The translations under genes and the position numbers were made by a program. From Mobilitalea sibirica (GTDB lineage Bacteria > Bacillota > Clostridia > Lachnospirales > Lachnospiraceae): a stretch of DNA of 24,000 nt. The stretch spans positions 387,330-411,329 of the forward strand of contig NZ_JAEAGR010000001.1 in assembly GCF_015999265.1 (NCBI RefSeq), read 5' to 3'. The notes below the pieces were generated by a model. That model did not search any database. It saw nothing but the letters and a program-made list of their open reading frames with translations, and had not been told where the DNA came from. Shown piece after piece: positions 1 through 9,239 of the stretch (positions within the stretch are counted from its first letter, which is position 1; every line of letters begins with the position of its first letter).

Positions 1-215
1 ATATTAATGGGGTGCCCGTAGGGTTGATTGTAGATAAAGTGGAGGAAGTTATTAGCATCCCAGATGAAGATATAGCCATCCCACCGGAGGTTAGTACCTA
101 TACAAATAGATATATTAAAGGTATCGGAAAAGTTGGAAATGAAGTCAAGTTATTACTCGAATGTGATCGATTATTAAATGATCAGGATATGAATGATTTA
201 TCGAATATTATTTAA
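1..215 (+). CDS. cheW: CheW-like chemotaxis coupling protein, C-terminal fragment (5' end outside window)
   Basis: The frame is open from nt 3 (INGVPVGLIVDKVEEVISIPDEDIAIPPE...IKGIGKVGNEVKLLLECDRLL), which is the typical C-terminal half of a CheW domain. Stop TAA at 213-215. The GTG at 12 in the ORF track is probably internal. Confidence 0.75.
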   Translation, partial: INGVPVGLIVDKVEEVISIPDEDIAIPPEVSTYTNRYIKGIGKVGNEVKLLLECDRLLNDQDMNDLSNII

Positions 216-229
216 TGGAGGACTAATAC

Positions 230-1936
230 ATGAGATGGTTTACTAATATGAAAATAGGGGTCAGATTAACAGTAAGTTTTATTTTTGTGGCAATGATAGC
301 AGCTATAATAGGTGGAATTGGGATATATAACCTTTATACAACTGACAAAAACTACAATCAATTAAATGAAGATTTTGGTGTTTCCTTAAGTCACATTGCC
401 GATGCGTCTATCAGCTACCAAAGGATACGTGTGAATGTCCGAGACCTTATTATTGAGGATGATCCTGATTTAATTAACAAGGCTATAGAGAATATGAACA
501 ATTATAACAAGATTATCGACGAAGAGTTAAAGCTGTTTGAAGAATCATTGTGGACAGAAGAGGGCAAACAGGTTTTTGCTGCATTAATCACAGCAATTGA
601 GAATTACAGAGAAGTAGAAGAGAAAATTATTGATTTGTCACTTTCAAACCAAAAAGAACAAGCGTTGGCTTTGTTAAAAGAGGAAGGAAAAGTATATGCT
701 GATAGTGCTGTCTCGTACATAGATCAGCTCTTTGAAATGAAGAATACAGTAGGAAAAGAAATGTCTCAACAATATTCTGCTGCTGCTGTGTCAACAATGA
801 TTACAATGTCGATTATAGTTGCAATTGGAATGATAGTAGCAATCCTATTAGGTGTATTAATTTCCCGAAGTATCAGTAAACCAATCAGTAAAGTCGTAAG
901 TGTTGCAAAGGAAGTTACCGATGGAAACCTGGATGCAAAAGCAGATATTAAATCAAAAGATGAATTAGGCACTCTTGCAGCAACCTTTAACCGTATGGCT
1001 GATAATTTAAATGAAATTATGCATAATATAAGTGCTGCCGCTGAACAGGTTACGTCTGGATCTGAACAGCTTTCTAATAGTAGTATGGCACTATCACAGG
1101 GAGCTACGGAACAAGCCAGTTCAGTTGAAGAATTATCCGCTTCCATAGAACAAGTATCTTCCCAGACAAGAATAAATGCCGATAATGCCAAAGAGGCAAA
1201 TAAGATAGCTGAAGACGCGAAATTTAAGGCACAGGAAGGCAACAGCCAAATGAATGCGATGATTAAGGCGATGGAGGATATTAATGAAGCTTCCAGCAAT
1301 ATATCAAAAATTATAAAAGTTATTGATGAAATTGCTTTTCAAACCAATATTCTTGCTTTGAATGCAGCTGTAGAGGCAGCTAGAGCGGGTCAGCATGGAA
1401 AAGGTTTTGCTGTTGTAGCAGAGGAAGTAAGAAATCTGGCGGCTAGATCTGCAAAAGCAGCAAAAGAGACAACTGAAATGATAGAAGGCTCGGTAAAACG
1501 TGTTGAAGGTGGAACCAAGATAGCCAATGATACGGCGGAAGCGCTAGACAAGATTGTAAGTAGCGTAACCAGTGTAGCTAATCTAATTAATAATATTGCT
1601 TCAGCATCTAACGAACAGGCAGCTGCAATCACACAAATAAATCAAGGAATAATACAAATCTCTAATGTGGTGCAGACGAACTCAGCTACCTCCCAAGAGA
1701 GTGCAGCTGCCAGCGAAGAATTAGCTAGTCAGGCTAGTATGTTAAAGGAACAAGTAAGTAAATTCAGATTAAAAAATTTGAGTAGCTCTACTTCCTATAA
1801 AGGTTTAGAAGATAACAGGGCACGAACAAAACAGCTAACAGATCAATACGAAGAAAAAAATAAAGATAAAGATTTGAAAATAAGTGAACAAAAAAAAGTA
1901 ATACTTCTGAATGATAATGAATTTGGTAAGTATTAA
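230..1936 (+). CDS. Methyl-accepting chemotaxis protein (2 TM, helical-bundle sensor, HAMP, MCP signalling domain)
   Basis: 568 aa. GGAGG at 217-221 lies 8 nt before ATG 230. Two hydrophobic segments (aa ~8-35 and ~188-212) flank a ~150-aa sensor region. HAMP-like PISKVV...[17 protein letters not shown]. Conserved MCP hairpin [40 protein letters not shown]. The Ala/Ser/Glu-rich heptads account for the spurious antisense ORFs. Confidence 0.92.
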   Translation: MRWFTNMKIGVRLTVSFIFVAMIAAIIGGIGIYNLYTTDKNYNQLNEDFGVSLSHIADASISYQRIRVNVRDLIIEDDPDLINKAIENMNNYNKIIDEELKLFEESLWTEEGKQVFAALITAIENYREVEEKIIDLSLSNQKEQALALLKEEGKVYADSAVSYIDQLFEMKNTVGKEMSQQYSAAAVSTMITMSIIVAIGMIVAILLGVLISRSISKPISKVVSVAKEVTDGNLDAKADIKSKDELGTLAATFNRMADNLNEIMHNISAAAEQVTSGSEQLSNSSMALSQGATEQASSVEELSASIEQVSSQTRINADNAKEANKIAEDAKFKAQEGNSQMNAMIKAMEDINEASSNISKIIKVIDEIAFQTNILALNAAVEAARAGQHGKGFAVVAEEVRNLAARSAKAAKETTEMIEGSVKRVEGGTKIANDTAEALDKIVSSVTSVANLINNIASASNEQAAAITQINQGIIQISNVVQTNSATSQESAAASEELASQASMLKEQVSKFRLKNLSSSTSYKGLEDNRARTKQLTDQYEEKNKDKDLKISEQKKVILLNDNEFGKY

Positions 1937-1942
1937 CTTGAT

Positions 1943-1975
1943 AATAGAGGATAGGCATTATGCTTCTCCTCTATT
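1943..1975 (+). terminator. Possible weak terminator or attenuating hairpin after the MCP gene
   Basis: AATAGAGGA (1943-1951) pairs perfectly with TCCTCTATT (1967-1975) across a 15-nt loop, starting 7 nt after the MCP stop. No clear U-tract follows, so the call is weak. Confidence 0.3.
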
Positions 1976-2064
1976 AGGCTTATCATGTGGATTTTGTAAA
2001 ACAATATAAAATAACACTACTTTATGGCACTTAATAATAAAAATATAAAACTCGGAAAGATAAA

Positions 2065-3090
2065 GTGAAAATGGAAAAAAAGAAAATAAAAGTATTGGTA
2101 GTCGATGATAGTTTTGTATTCAGAGAAGCAATTATAAGAGGTATCATGAAGGACCCGGAGATAGAAGTTGTGGCAAAAGCGGGTGATCCATTTGAGGCAA
2201 GAGATAAAATTCTGGAATTCGAACCTGATGTAATGACCTGCGATGTAGAAATGCCAAAGATGAATGGTATAGACTTTGTCAAAAGACTTCTTCCCCAATA
2301 TCCCATACCGGTTGTCATGGTGAGCGGAATAAGTGGTTCTGTTTTTGATGCAATGAAAGCAGGGGTGGTAGATTTTGTTGTAAAGCCATATAAAAGTGGA
2401 CCGGAGCAAATACAGTTGTTTATAGATGAATTAATTCGAAAAATTAAAATAGCAGCGGCATCCAAGGTGACTTTAGGAAAAAATAATACCTCAAATCAGA
2501 TTTTAGAAGCTAAAAATTTGAGGAATGACAAAATTGTTGCTATTGGTGCATCTACTGGTGGAACAGAAGCAATATCCAAGATTTTGGTTCAACTTCCTTC
2601 AGATTTTCCGGGAATTGTCGTGGTACAACATATTCCACCTATGTTTTCCCGCATGTTTGCCGAAAGACTTAACAATCAAACAAAACTTCATGTGAAAGAA
2701 GCCGAAACCGGTGACTATATCGAACAGGGAAAAGTATTGGTAGCACCAGGTGATCAACATATTTTGGTAAAAAGAATCGGAACCCGTTTTAGAATTGAAG
2801 CTTTCTATGGAGAGAAGGTCAATGGGCATTGTCCTTCTGTTGATGTTTTATTTGACTCAATAGCAAAAGAGGTAGCTGATAAAGCAATAGGCGTCATATT
2901 AACCGGTATGGGTAATGATGGTGCCAAGGGTTTACTGGCAATGAGAAGACAAGGAGCGCATACCATCGGGCAAGATGAGATCTCTTCAGTCGTATATGGC
3001 ATGCCAAAAGTAGCTTACGATATAGGCGCGGTAGAAAAGCAAATGGCCCTATCAAATATATCTAATGCATTAATCAATATGTTAAAATAA
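2065..3090 (+). CDS. cheB: Chemotaxis response regulator protein-glutamate methylesterase CheB (REC + CheB_methylest)
   Basis: 341 aa. REC domain: KVLVVDDS...VMTCDVEMPKMNGIDF...VMVSG...KP. Methylesterase motifs: AIGASTGG (Ser), VVVQHIPP (His), LTGMGNDGA (Asp). The track start is GTG 2065; ATG 2071 is an equally plausible start. Confidence 0.92.
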   Translation: MKMEKKKIKVLVVDDSFVFREAIIRGIMKDPEIEVVAKAGDPFEARDKILEFEPDVMTCDVEMPKMNGIDFVKRLLPQYPIPVVMVSGISGSVFDAMKAGVVDFVVKPYKSGPEQIQLFIDELIRKIKIAAASKVTLGKNNTSNQILEAKNLRNDKIVAIGASTGGTEAISKILVQLPSDFPGIVVVQHIPPMFSRMFAERLNNQTKLHVKEAETGDYIEQGKVLVAPGDQHILVKRIGTRFRIEAFYGEKVNGHCPSVDVLFDSIAKEVADKAIGVILTGMGNDGAKGLLAMRRQGAHTIGQDEISSVVYGMPKVAYDIGAVEKQMALSNISNALINMLK

Positions 3091-3136
3091 TTATTAGATT
3101 TTTCAAATTTTTAACCTGAAGTGGGGATATAACTGT

Positions 3137-6100
3137 ATGAGATTAAATCAAGATAAACAATGCCTATCAATTCGTCAAATTATTTTAGTTATATTTGTTT
3201 TAACCTTTATAATAGGTGCGGGTATGATTATATATTTAAATAATTATTCATGGAAAAAATCTATTGATAAAACAATTGTAGAGTATGTAAATAATATGAA
3301 TAATGAAATCATAAGAGAAATCGATGATATGGTTAGCATACCAATTAAAATGAATGAAAATAACCAGTTTATGATTAAAAATGAAATAATTGATATTAAC
3401 AATTCTGCAGAGAGAGAGCCATTTTTAGCTAATATAGTAAATACCAGTATCGATGAAATCTATAGTGTAAGTTATGGTTTGGAGAATGGGGATTTTTATG
3501 GGGCAAGAAGAAATTCTAATAATGAATTGGAACTTTATCAAAGTACAAAAGAAACGAAAGGCCATTCATTATATTATTCTGTAAATGAGAATTTAACTGC
3601 TGAGCATTTAATAAGTGATTTTGGTTTGTTTGACCCAAGAACCAGAGATTGGTATATAATTGCAAAAGAAAAAGGTGAACCAGTATTTGCTCCATTATAT
3701 AAGCATTTTGTAAAAGAGGATTTGGTGCTATCAGCTGCCTATCCTATATATAAGAATGATATTATACAAGGAGTTTTGGGCGTTCACCTTACATTGAATA
3801 GATTAAATTCCAATTTAAAAAAACTAGTAGAGAAAACCAATACCAAAGCTTATATCATTGAAGCTGATGGGCAAGCTCTCGTTGCGAATTCTATGGAACA
3901 ATCTAACTTTACGATTTTGGAAGATGGTACATATGATAGAAGAAAATTAGAAGATATCGCTGACTCTTCTATTATGAAGGCCTTTGAACTTTATGAGAAT
4001 GAAAATACAAGTTTACAATTAATGAATACGGAGAATGATAAATTTCATATAAACATAACGGATTACCAAAAACATGGTTTACAATGGAGTGTTATTATCT
4101 CTGTGCCTGAGCAATTATTCATGAAGGATAATTCTTTATTGTTCAAGATTTCAATGATGTTGTTGTTTCTAATAATTATTGTATCAATTTATATTTTTGC
4201 CAGAGTGTCAAAGCATTATCTCAAACCGGTGAATGATTTAGTCCAAGCTGCTGACAGTTTTTCAAAGGGGGACTTAACAAAAAGAGCTATTATATATAGA
4301 AATGATGAAATAGGTTCAATATCAAAGTCTTTCAATCATTTGGCAGATAAAATTCAGTCACTTATTAATAACCTGGAAGATAAAGTTGCCGAAAGGACGA
4401 AAGAATTGGAGGCAGCAGTTACTGAGTTAAAAAAAGTGAATAAAAATTTAAGTCTCGAGAAAAATAGAGCGGAAGCAGCCAGTATAGCAAAAAGTCAGTT
4501 TTTAGCTAATATGAGTCATGAAATCAGAACACCCATGAATGGTATAATCGGTTTTTTGCAACTTCTTGATGATTCTCCTTTGAATGAAGAGCAAAAAGAG
4601 TATATTCAATTGATTCAGAGTTCTACTGATACATTATTAACTGTTATCAATGATGTTCTTGATATTTCTAAAATTGAAACAGGAATGATGAAATTAGAAA
4701 GCATACCGTTTCATTTAACTTCCTTGATAGAAACAGCAGTAACACTTTTTGGAACCAGAGCAAAAGAAAAGGGATTGGAACTAAATTTAATGATTAGTTC
4801 GCAAGTGCCCTATAATGTAATAGGAGATCCTACACGAATTAGACAAGTGTTAAATAATCTTATCAACAATGCTATTAAATTTACTGAGAGTGGAGAAGTC
4901 TATGTTGAGGTATCACTTGTGAAGGAGAACGAACAAGAGATAGTAGTTTTATGTAAGGTGAAAGATACCGGAATAGGTATTAATAAGTCGGATATTAATA
5001 AATTATTCCGACCATTTAGTCAGGTGGATACTTCCATGACGAGAAAATATGGGGGTTCCGGATTAGGTTTGTCAATATGCAAAAAAATAGCAGACCTTAT
5101 GGGGGGCGATATTAAAGTAATAAGTAAAAAGAAGAAAGGCAGTACATTTTCATTTACTTTTCCACTACTCAAAAATGAAAAAGCAACAGCGCTTGAAATT
5201 TCTGACTATGCTATCTTAAAAGATAAAAAAATATTAATTATTGATGATGTAGCAATGAACCGGTATATTGCTGCTGCATACCTAACAGAGTTTGGGTGTA
5301 TGGTTGCAGAAGCAAAATCAAATGATTATGCACAGATATTACATAACAAAGCACAAAATAATGACTTTTATGATGTAATATTAATAGATTACCGATTAAA
5401 CGAAACCACTGGATTTGATGTGCTTCATAAGATAAAAGGGTCTATAAAAACAATGAATACTGCCTTCGTTTTAATTACTACGATAGCCTCTAATCAAGAA
5501 GCAGAAGGAGCAGGCCAGATTGGGTTTGAAGGTTTTATTACGAAACCATACAAAAAAGTAGAACTGTTAGATTGCATTGCAGTCGTTTTAGGAGAAAAAG
5601 AATTAATGAGAAATGATCCGATTGAACTTATAACAAAACATAAGATTCGGGAATCAAGATATAATGACAGATTAAAAATATTACTCGTAGAAGATAATGT
5701 AATTAATACAAAGTTTTTCATCAAATTAATAAACAAGCATAACCTTTTTTGTGATGTAGCTAAAAACGGGCTGGAAGCTGTAAAAGCATGTGATATGAAA
5801 CAGTATGATTTAATATTCATGGATTGTCAGATGCCGATCATGGATGGATATGAAGCAACGAAACAAATACGTGCGAAAGAAAAATCCGGAAAGCATACAA
5901 TAATCATTGCCATGACAGCCTTTGCTATGTCTGGAGATGCGGAAAAATGCATGGAAGTAGGTATGGATGACTATCTAAGTAAACCAATCATTGCTGATCA
6001 GTTGATGGATTTGATCAATAAATACAGTAATAAAATTTTTAATAAAGAGTCATCGAATGATGATGATGATTATTTTGAAAAAGTAATTAAACAACTGAGG

Positions 6101-6403
6101 GAAGATACTGATTTCAGCCATGAAGATGCGGAAGAAATTATCATTGAATTTCGTGATCATGCCCTCAAGACAGTTGAAACAATTAAGCAGTTATTTGAAG
6201 ATGGAAAAATAGAAGAGGTTCAATTATATCTACATCAATTAAAGGGGTCAGCAGGAAATGTTAGGGCTAAAGAGATTGCATCCCTAGTTGAGGATATGGA
6301 AAAGCATCTAAAAAAAGACGTTAGTATTGCAGAAATCAATAATGTCTTAGAGAGTATTTTATCAAAAGTAAAACAGTTATTTGTTAAGGTAGGGAGGTCT
6401 TAA
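3137..6403 (+). CDS. Hybrid sensor histidine kinase: TM - Cache-like extracytoplasmic domain - TM - HAMP - HisKA - HATPase_c - REC - REC - HPt
   Basis: 1088 aa. Cache-type signature DPRTRDWYIIAKEKGEPVFAPLY...VLSAAYPIY. HAMP: PVNDLVQAADSFSKGDLTKR. H-box: FLANMSHEIRTPMNGIIG. N/G boxes: NLINNAIKFT, DTGIGI, GGSGLGLSI. REC1 has acceptor D in VILIDYRLNETTG. REC2 is canonical (DLIFMDCQMPIMDGYE...MTA...KP). C-terminal HPt motif: HQLKGSAGNVRA. Confidence 0.92.
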   Translation: MRLNQDKQCLSIRQIILVIFVLTFIIGAGMIIYLNNYSWKKSIDKTIVEYVNNMNNEIIREIDDMVSIPIKMNENNQFMIKNEIIDINNSAEREPFLANIVNTSIDEIYSVSYGLENGDFYGARRNSNNELELYQSTKETKGHSLYYSVNENLTAEHLISDFGLFDPRTRDWYIIAKEKGEPVFAPLYKHFVKEDLVLSAAYPIYKNDIIQGVLGVHLTLNRLNSNLKKLVEKTNTKAYIIEADGQALVANSMEQSNFTILEDGTYDRRKLEDIADSSIMKAFELYENENTSLQLMNTENDKFHINITDYQKHGLQWSVIISVPEQLFMKDNSLLFKISMMLLFLIIIVSIYIFARVSKHYLKPVNDLVQAADSFSKGDLTKRAIIYRNDEIGSISKSFNHLADKIQSLINNLEDKVAERTKELEAAVTELKKVNKNLSLEKNRAEAASIAKSQFLANMSHEIRTPMNGIIGFLQLLDDSPLNEEQKEYIQLIQSSTDTLLTVINDVLDISKIETGMMKLESIPFHLTSLIETAVTLFGTRAKEKGLELNLMISSQVPYNVIGDPTRIRQVLNNLINNAIKFTESGEVYVEVSLVKENEQEIVVLCKVKDTGIGINKSDINKLFRPFSQVDTSMTRKYGGSGLGLSICKKIADLMGGDIKVISKKKKGSTFSFTFPLLKNEKATALEISDYAILKDKKILIIDDVAMNRYIAAAYLTEFGCMVAEAKSNDYAQILHNKAQNNDFYDVILIDYRLNETTGFDVLHKIKGSIKTMNTAFVLITTIASNQEAEGAGQIGFEGFITKPYKKVELLDCIAVVLGEKELMRNDPIELITKHKIRESRYNDRLKILLVEDNVINTKFFIKLINKHNLFCDVAKNGLEAVKACDMKQYDLIFMDCQMPIMDGYEATKQIRAKEKSGKHTIIIAMTAFAMSGDAEKCMEVGMDDYLSKPIIADQLMDLINKYSNKIFNKESSNDDDDYFEKVIKQLREDTDFSHEDAEEIIIEFRDHALKTVETIKQLFEDGKIEEVQLYLHQLKGSAGNVRAKEIASLVEDMEKHLKKDVSIAEINNVLESILSKVKQLFVKVGRS

Positions 6404-6406
6404 TGA

Positions 6407-7285
6407 ATGGAAAAAGTGATGATCATTGATGATTCTCCGATTGACCGTAAAATGATTAAATTAGCATTGAAAAGTAAATTACCTGACATTCAGTTGATAG
6501 AAGCAGACCATGGTAAAAATATTGAAGAGATTTTATATTCACAGAAAGTCGATGTATGTATACTTGATATCATGATGCCGGAGAGGAATGGATTAGAGAT
6601 ATTAAAGGAAATAAAAGAAAAGGAAAGATATAGGGATATACCGATTATTGTTTGTTCAGGATTATATGATTGTGATATCTTAGAAAAAGCACTGGAGTTA
6701 GGGGCGCATGATTATTTTTCAAAACCACTGGGAAAAAAAGAAATCTCTATTTCTCTTCCTTTAAAAGTAAAAAATGCAATCGAACTTATGAAGTGGAAGG
6801 AAAAAATATTATACCTAAGTTATCATGATGTATTAACCGGATTATATAACAGAAGATTTGTGGAAGAAGAACTAATTCAATTAGATGAATTAGAAAAATT
6901 CCCCATATCTATTATTTTAGGCGATGTCAATGGATTGAAACATACAAATGATGTCTTCGGTCACGAAGCAGGTGATGAGATGTTAAAAAGAATTGCTCAT
7001 ATACTTCAAAAAGAATGCGTTAATGGTAGAGTGGCCCGTTATGGCGGCGATGAGTTTGTAGTTCTATTACCTGAAACAAACATTATGGAAGCTAAGAAAA
7101 TGATTGAATCAATTAAGGACCATTGTATAACGCAAACAAAAGACTCTGTAAAATTATCCATATCTTTAGGTTGTGCTATGAAGAGCAAAGGTAAAAAGAG
7201 CATGAAGCGCATTTTACAAGAAGCGGAGGATATGATGTATAATGATAAACTTCAGTATAGACAAATATACCAAACTAATCCGTGA
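6407..7285 (+). CDS. Response regulator-diguanylate cyclase (REC-GGDEF)
   Basis: 292 aa. The start lies 3 nt after the hybrid-kinase stop, with GGGAGG at 6391-6396. REC: MIIDDS...VCILDIMMPERNG...KP. GGDEF domain: HDVLTGLYNRR...GDVNGLKHTNDVFGHEAGD...RYGGDEFVVLL. The GGDEF codons are 7043-7057. Confidence 0.92.
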   Translation: MEKVMIIDDSPIDRKMIKLALKSKLPDIQLIEADHGKNIEEILYSQKVDVCILDIMMPERNGLEILKEIKEKERYRDIPIIVCSGLYDCDILEKALELGAHDYFSKPLGKKEISISLPLKVKNAIELMKWKEKILYLSYHDVLTGLYNRRFVEEELIQLDELEKFPISIILGDVNGLKHTNDVFGHEAGDEMLKRIAHILQKECVNGRVARYGGDEFVVLLPETNIMEAKKMIESIKDHCITQTKDSVKLSISLGCAMKSKGKKSMKRILQEAEDMMYNDKLQYRQIYQTNP

Positions 7286-7404
7286 AAAAAGTTAACAATT
7301 TCTTAGATATTAGACTTACATGACAATACTGGTGAAATTTTTACTAAAATAACAATAATTACCAAGCTGTCAAATAACATAATAAATACTGAGGAGAAAC
7401 AGAT

Positions 7405-9210
7405 ATGGAGAAAACACAAATGAAAAAATTTGTTGATGGTAAGGTTTTATTACAATGGTTTTATTTTGGGTTTCAGGAGGTGTACCAAAATAAGAAGTAT
7501 CTAAATGCGATTAATGTGTTCCCCGTTGCTGATGGTGATACCGGCACTAACTTATCTATAACACTAAAGGCAATGGTAGAAAAACCAATAAAGGTTAATA
7601 CATTTTCAGGAATGCTTCAGGCTATTTCTGAGGCGGGTCTAGCCAATGCAAGAGGTAATTCTGGTATTTTATTTGCATCTTACGTAAATGGTATTGCCTC
7701 TGAGGGAAGTAGCTATAAGGAAGTGACTTTGGAACAATTTTCAAGCATAGCCTATAAAGCAGTTTCTTATCTTTATCAGGCTGTGGAAAAGCCGATAGAG
7801 GGTACCATGATCAGTGTAATAAAGGATTGGGCTAATTACTTATATCAAAATTTTCAAAATTACGATAATTTCAAAGACCTTTTTGCTAATGCTTACCTAA
7901 CAGCTCAAAATTCGCTGAAAATGACAACATCACAGTTAGAAGTGCTTAAAAAAAATAAAGTTGTAGACTCTGGAGCGGATGGTTTTGTAAGATTTTTAAA
8001 TGGAATTAATTATTATTATTTGGCGAAAAAAGAAGTTAAAAGTGATAATGAAGTACAAGACAGTTTTAATCTCAGTAACCATGAGCAAAGTAACTATCTA
8101 TATTGTACTGAATTTTTTATGGATATATCCGAAAAGGATATCGTACCTATACGCAAAGATTTAAAAAAAATAATTCGGGACAAAATCAACCAGTTGGGTG
8201 ATTCTTTGATAATTACATCGTTTCAGGATAAAGTAAAAATTCATATTCATACAGATGTACCAGAAATAGTGGCACAAAGTTTGCGACCCTTTGGTACATT
8301 CATTGAACATAAAGTTGATAACATGCATCTTCAAAATAGTATAAAAACAAGACAATTAAGTAGGATTGGAATAGTTACAGATTCAATTGCTGATATACCG
8401 GAGGACTATAAATTAAAACATCAAATACATACATTACCATTGGGGCTGCTTATTGATGATTCCGTATATCTGGATAAGTCAACGATTAAGTTGGAACAGC
8501 TTTTTCATCTTATGAAAGATGCTGAAAGTTATCCAACGAGCTCTCAACCGGAACCTGGCAGAGTTTCTATTTTTCTTGATAACTTATTAGAAACCTATGA
8601 TTATTTAATTTTCATAACAGTTTCAAGTGAGTTGAGTGGTACATATCAGACAATACAGCAAGAAATTAAAAAGATAAAGGATGCTGAAAAAAAGATAACA
8701 TTGATTGATTCAAAAACGAATTCCGGTGCAGAAGGCTTACTGGTAAAATATGCTTCCAATCTACTCAATAATGGTTTATCTTATGAAGAGATTGCTAAAA
8801 AGGTAAAAGAACAAATTCCCAAGACTTATATCTATGTATGTCTGAATACCCTGGAATATGCAGTAAGAAGTGGGCGTGTACCCAACACAGTAGGTAAGGT
8901 TGGTATGAAGTTGGGCCTAAGACCAATCATGACAATAGATAGGAACGGAAAAGGGGCAGCTTTTGGTGTTGGATTTAGTCAGAAGGGTATGACAAAGAAA
9001 ATATTCAACCTCATAAAATCAACGATTGCCAGAAAAGGAATTCAGAGTTACTGTATCGTACATGCAGATAATCTGGAATTAGCTATGGAATATAAAAGTG
9101 AATTAACGAAAATGATTGGTAAAGAACCTGAGTTTATTACAGAAATATCTTCTGTCGTAGCTATACATTCCGGTTTAGGGTGTGTTGCAGTCTGCTTTAC
9201 TGAAAATTAA
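7405..9210 (+). CDS. Dak2 (DhaL/FakA-like N-terminal + central region) fused to a DegV (FakB-like fatty-acid-binding) domain
   Basis: 601 aa. N-terminus has INVFPVADGDTGTNL (the Dak2 nucleotide-binding DGDTGTN motif) and ARGNSG. The central region has YLYCTEFFM...KVKIHIHTDVPE, as in YloV/FakA. From aa ~320 (nt ~8362) there are DegV signatures: RIGIVTDSIADIPEDY and YPTSSQPEPG. RBS GAGGAG lies upstream of ATG 7405. Confidence 0.85.
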   Translation: MEKTQMKKFVDGKVLLQWFYFGFQEVYQNKKYLNAINVFPVADGDTGTNLSITLKAMVEKPIKVNTFSGMLQAISEAGLANARGNSGILFASYVNGIASEGSSYKEVTLEQFSSIAYKAVSYLYQAVEKPIEGTMISVIKDWANYLYQNFQNYDNFKDLFANAYLTAQNSLKMTTSQLEVLKKNKVVDSGADGFVRFLNGINYYYLAKKEVKSDNEVQDSFNLSNHEQSNYLYCTEFFMDISEKDIVPIRKDLKKIIRDKINQLGDSLIITSFQDKVKIHIHTDVPEIVAQSLRPFGTFIEHKVDNMHLQNSIKTRQLSRIGIVTDSIADIPEDYKLKHQIHTLPLGLLIDDSVYLDKSTIKLEQLFHLMKDAESYPTSSQPEPGRVSIFLDNLLETYDYLIFITVSSELSGTYQTIQQEIKKIKDAEKKITLIDSKTNSGAEGLLVKYASNLLNNGLSYEEIAKKVKEQIPKTYIYVCLNTLEYAVRSGRVPNTVGKVGMKLGLRPIMTIDRNGKGAAFGVGFSQKGMTKKIFNLIKSTIARKGIQSYCIVHADNLELAMEYKSELTKMIGKEPEFITEISSVVAIHSGLGCVAVCFTEN

Positions 9211-9239
9211 TATTACTATAATGATAAAGGAGAATTACT

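Noticed and set aside
766-1632. Minus-strand ORFs 766-1299 (177 aa) and 1390-1632 (80 aa) inside the MCP gene
   Set aside because: They lie antisense to a confidently identified MCP. Their low-complexity Ala/Ser/Leu-rich translations are the usual mirror-frame artefact of MCP heptad repeats, and no RBS is present.
2017-3002. Minus-strand ORFs 2017-2409, 2031-2465, 2599-2829 and 2805-3002 overlapping cheB
   Set aside because: They are antisense to cheB, show no recognisable motifs, have no RBS, and are of a length expected by chance in AT-rich DNA.
5494-5820. Minus-strand ORF of 108 aa inside the hybrid kinase gene, and similar ones at 8161-8355, 10423-10985, 12938-13277, 14570-15042, 15391-15639 and 18988-19275
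   Set aside because: All lie fully inside confidently assigned genes on the opposite strand and show no family resemblance.
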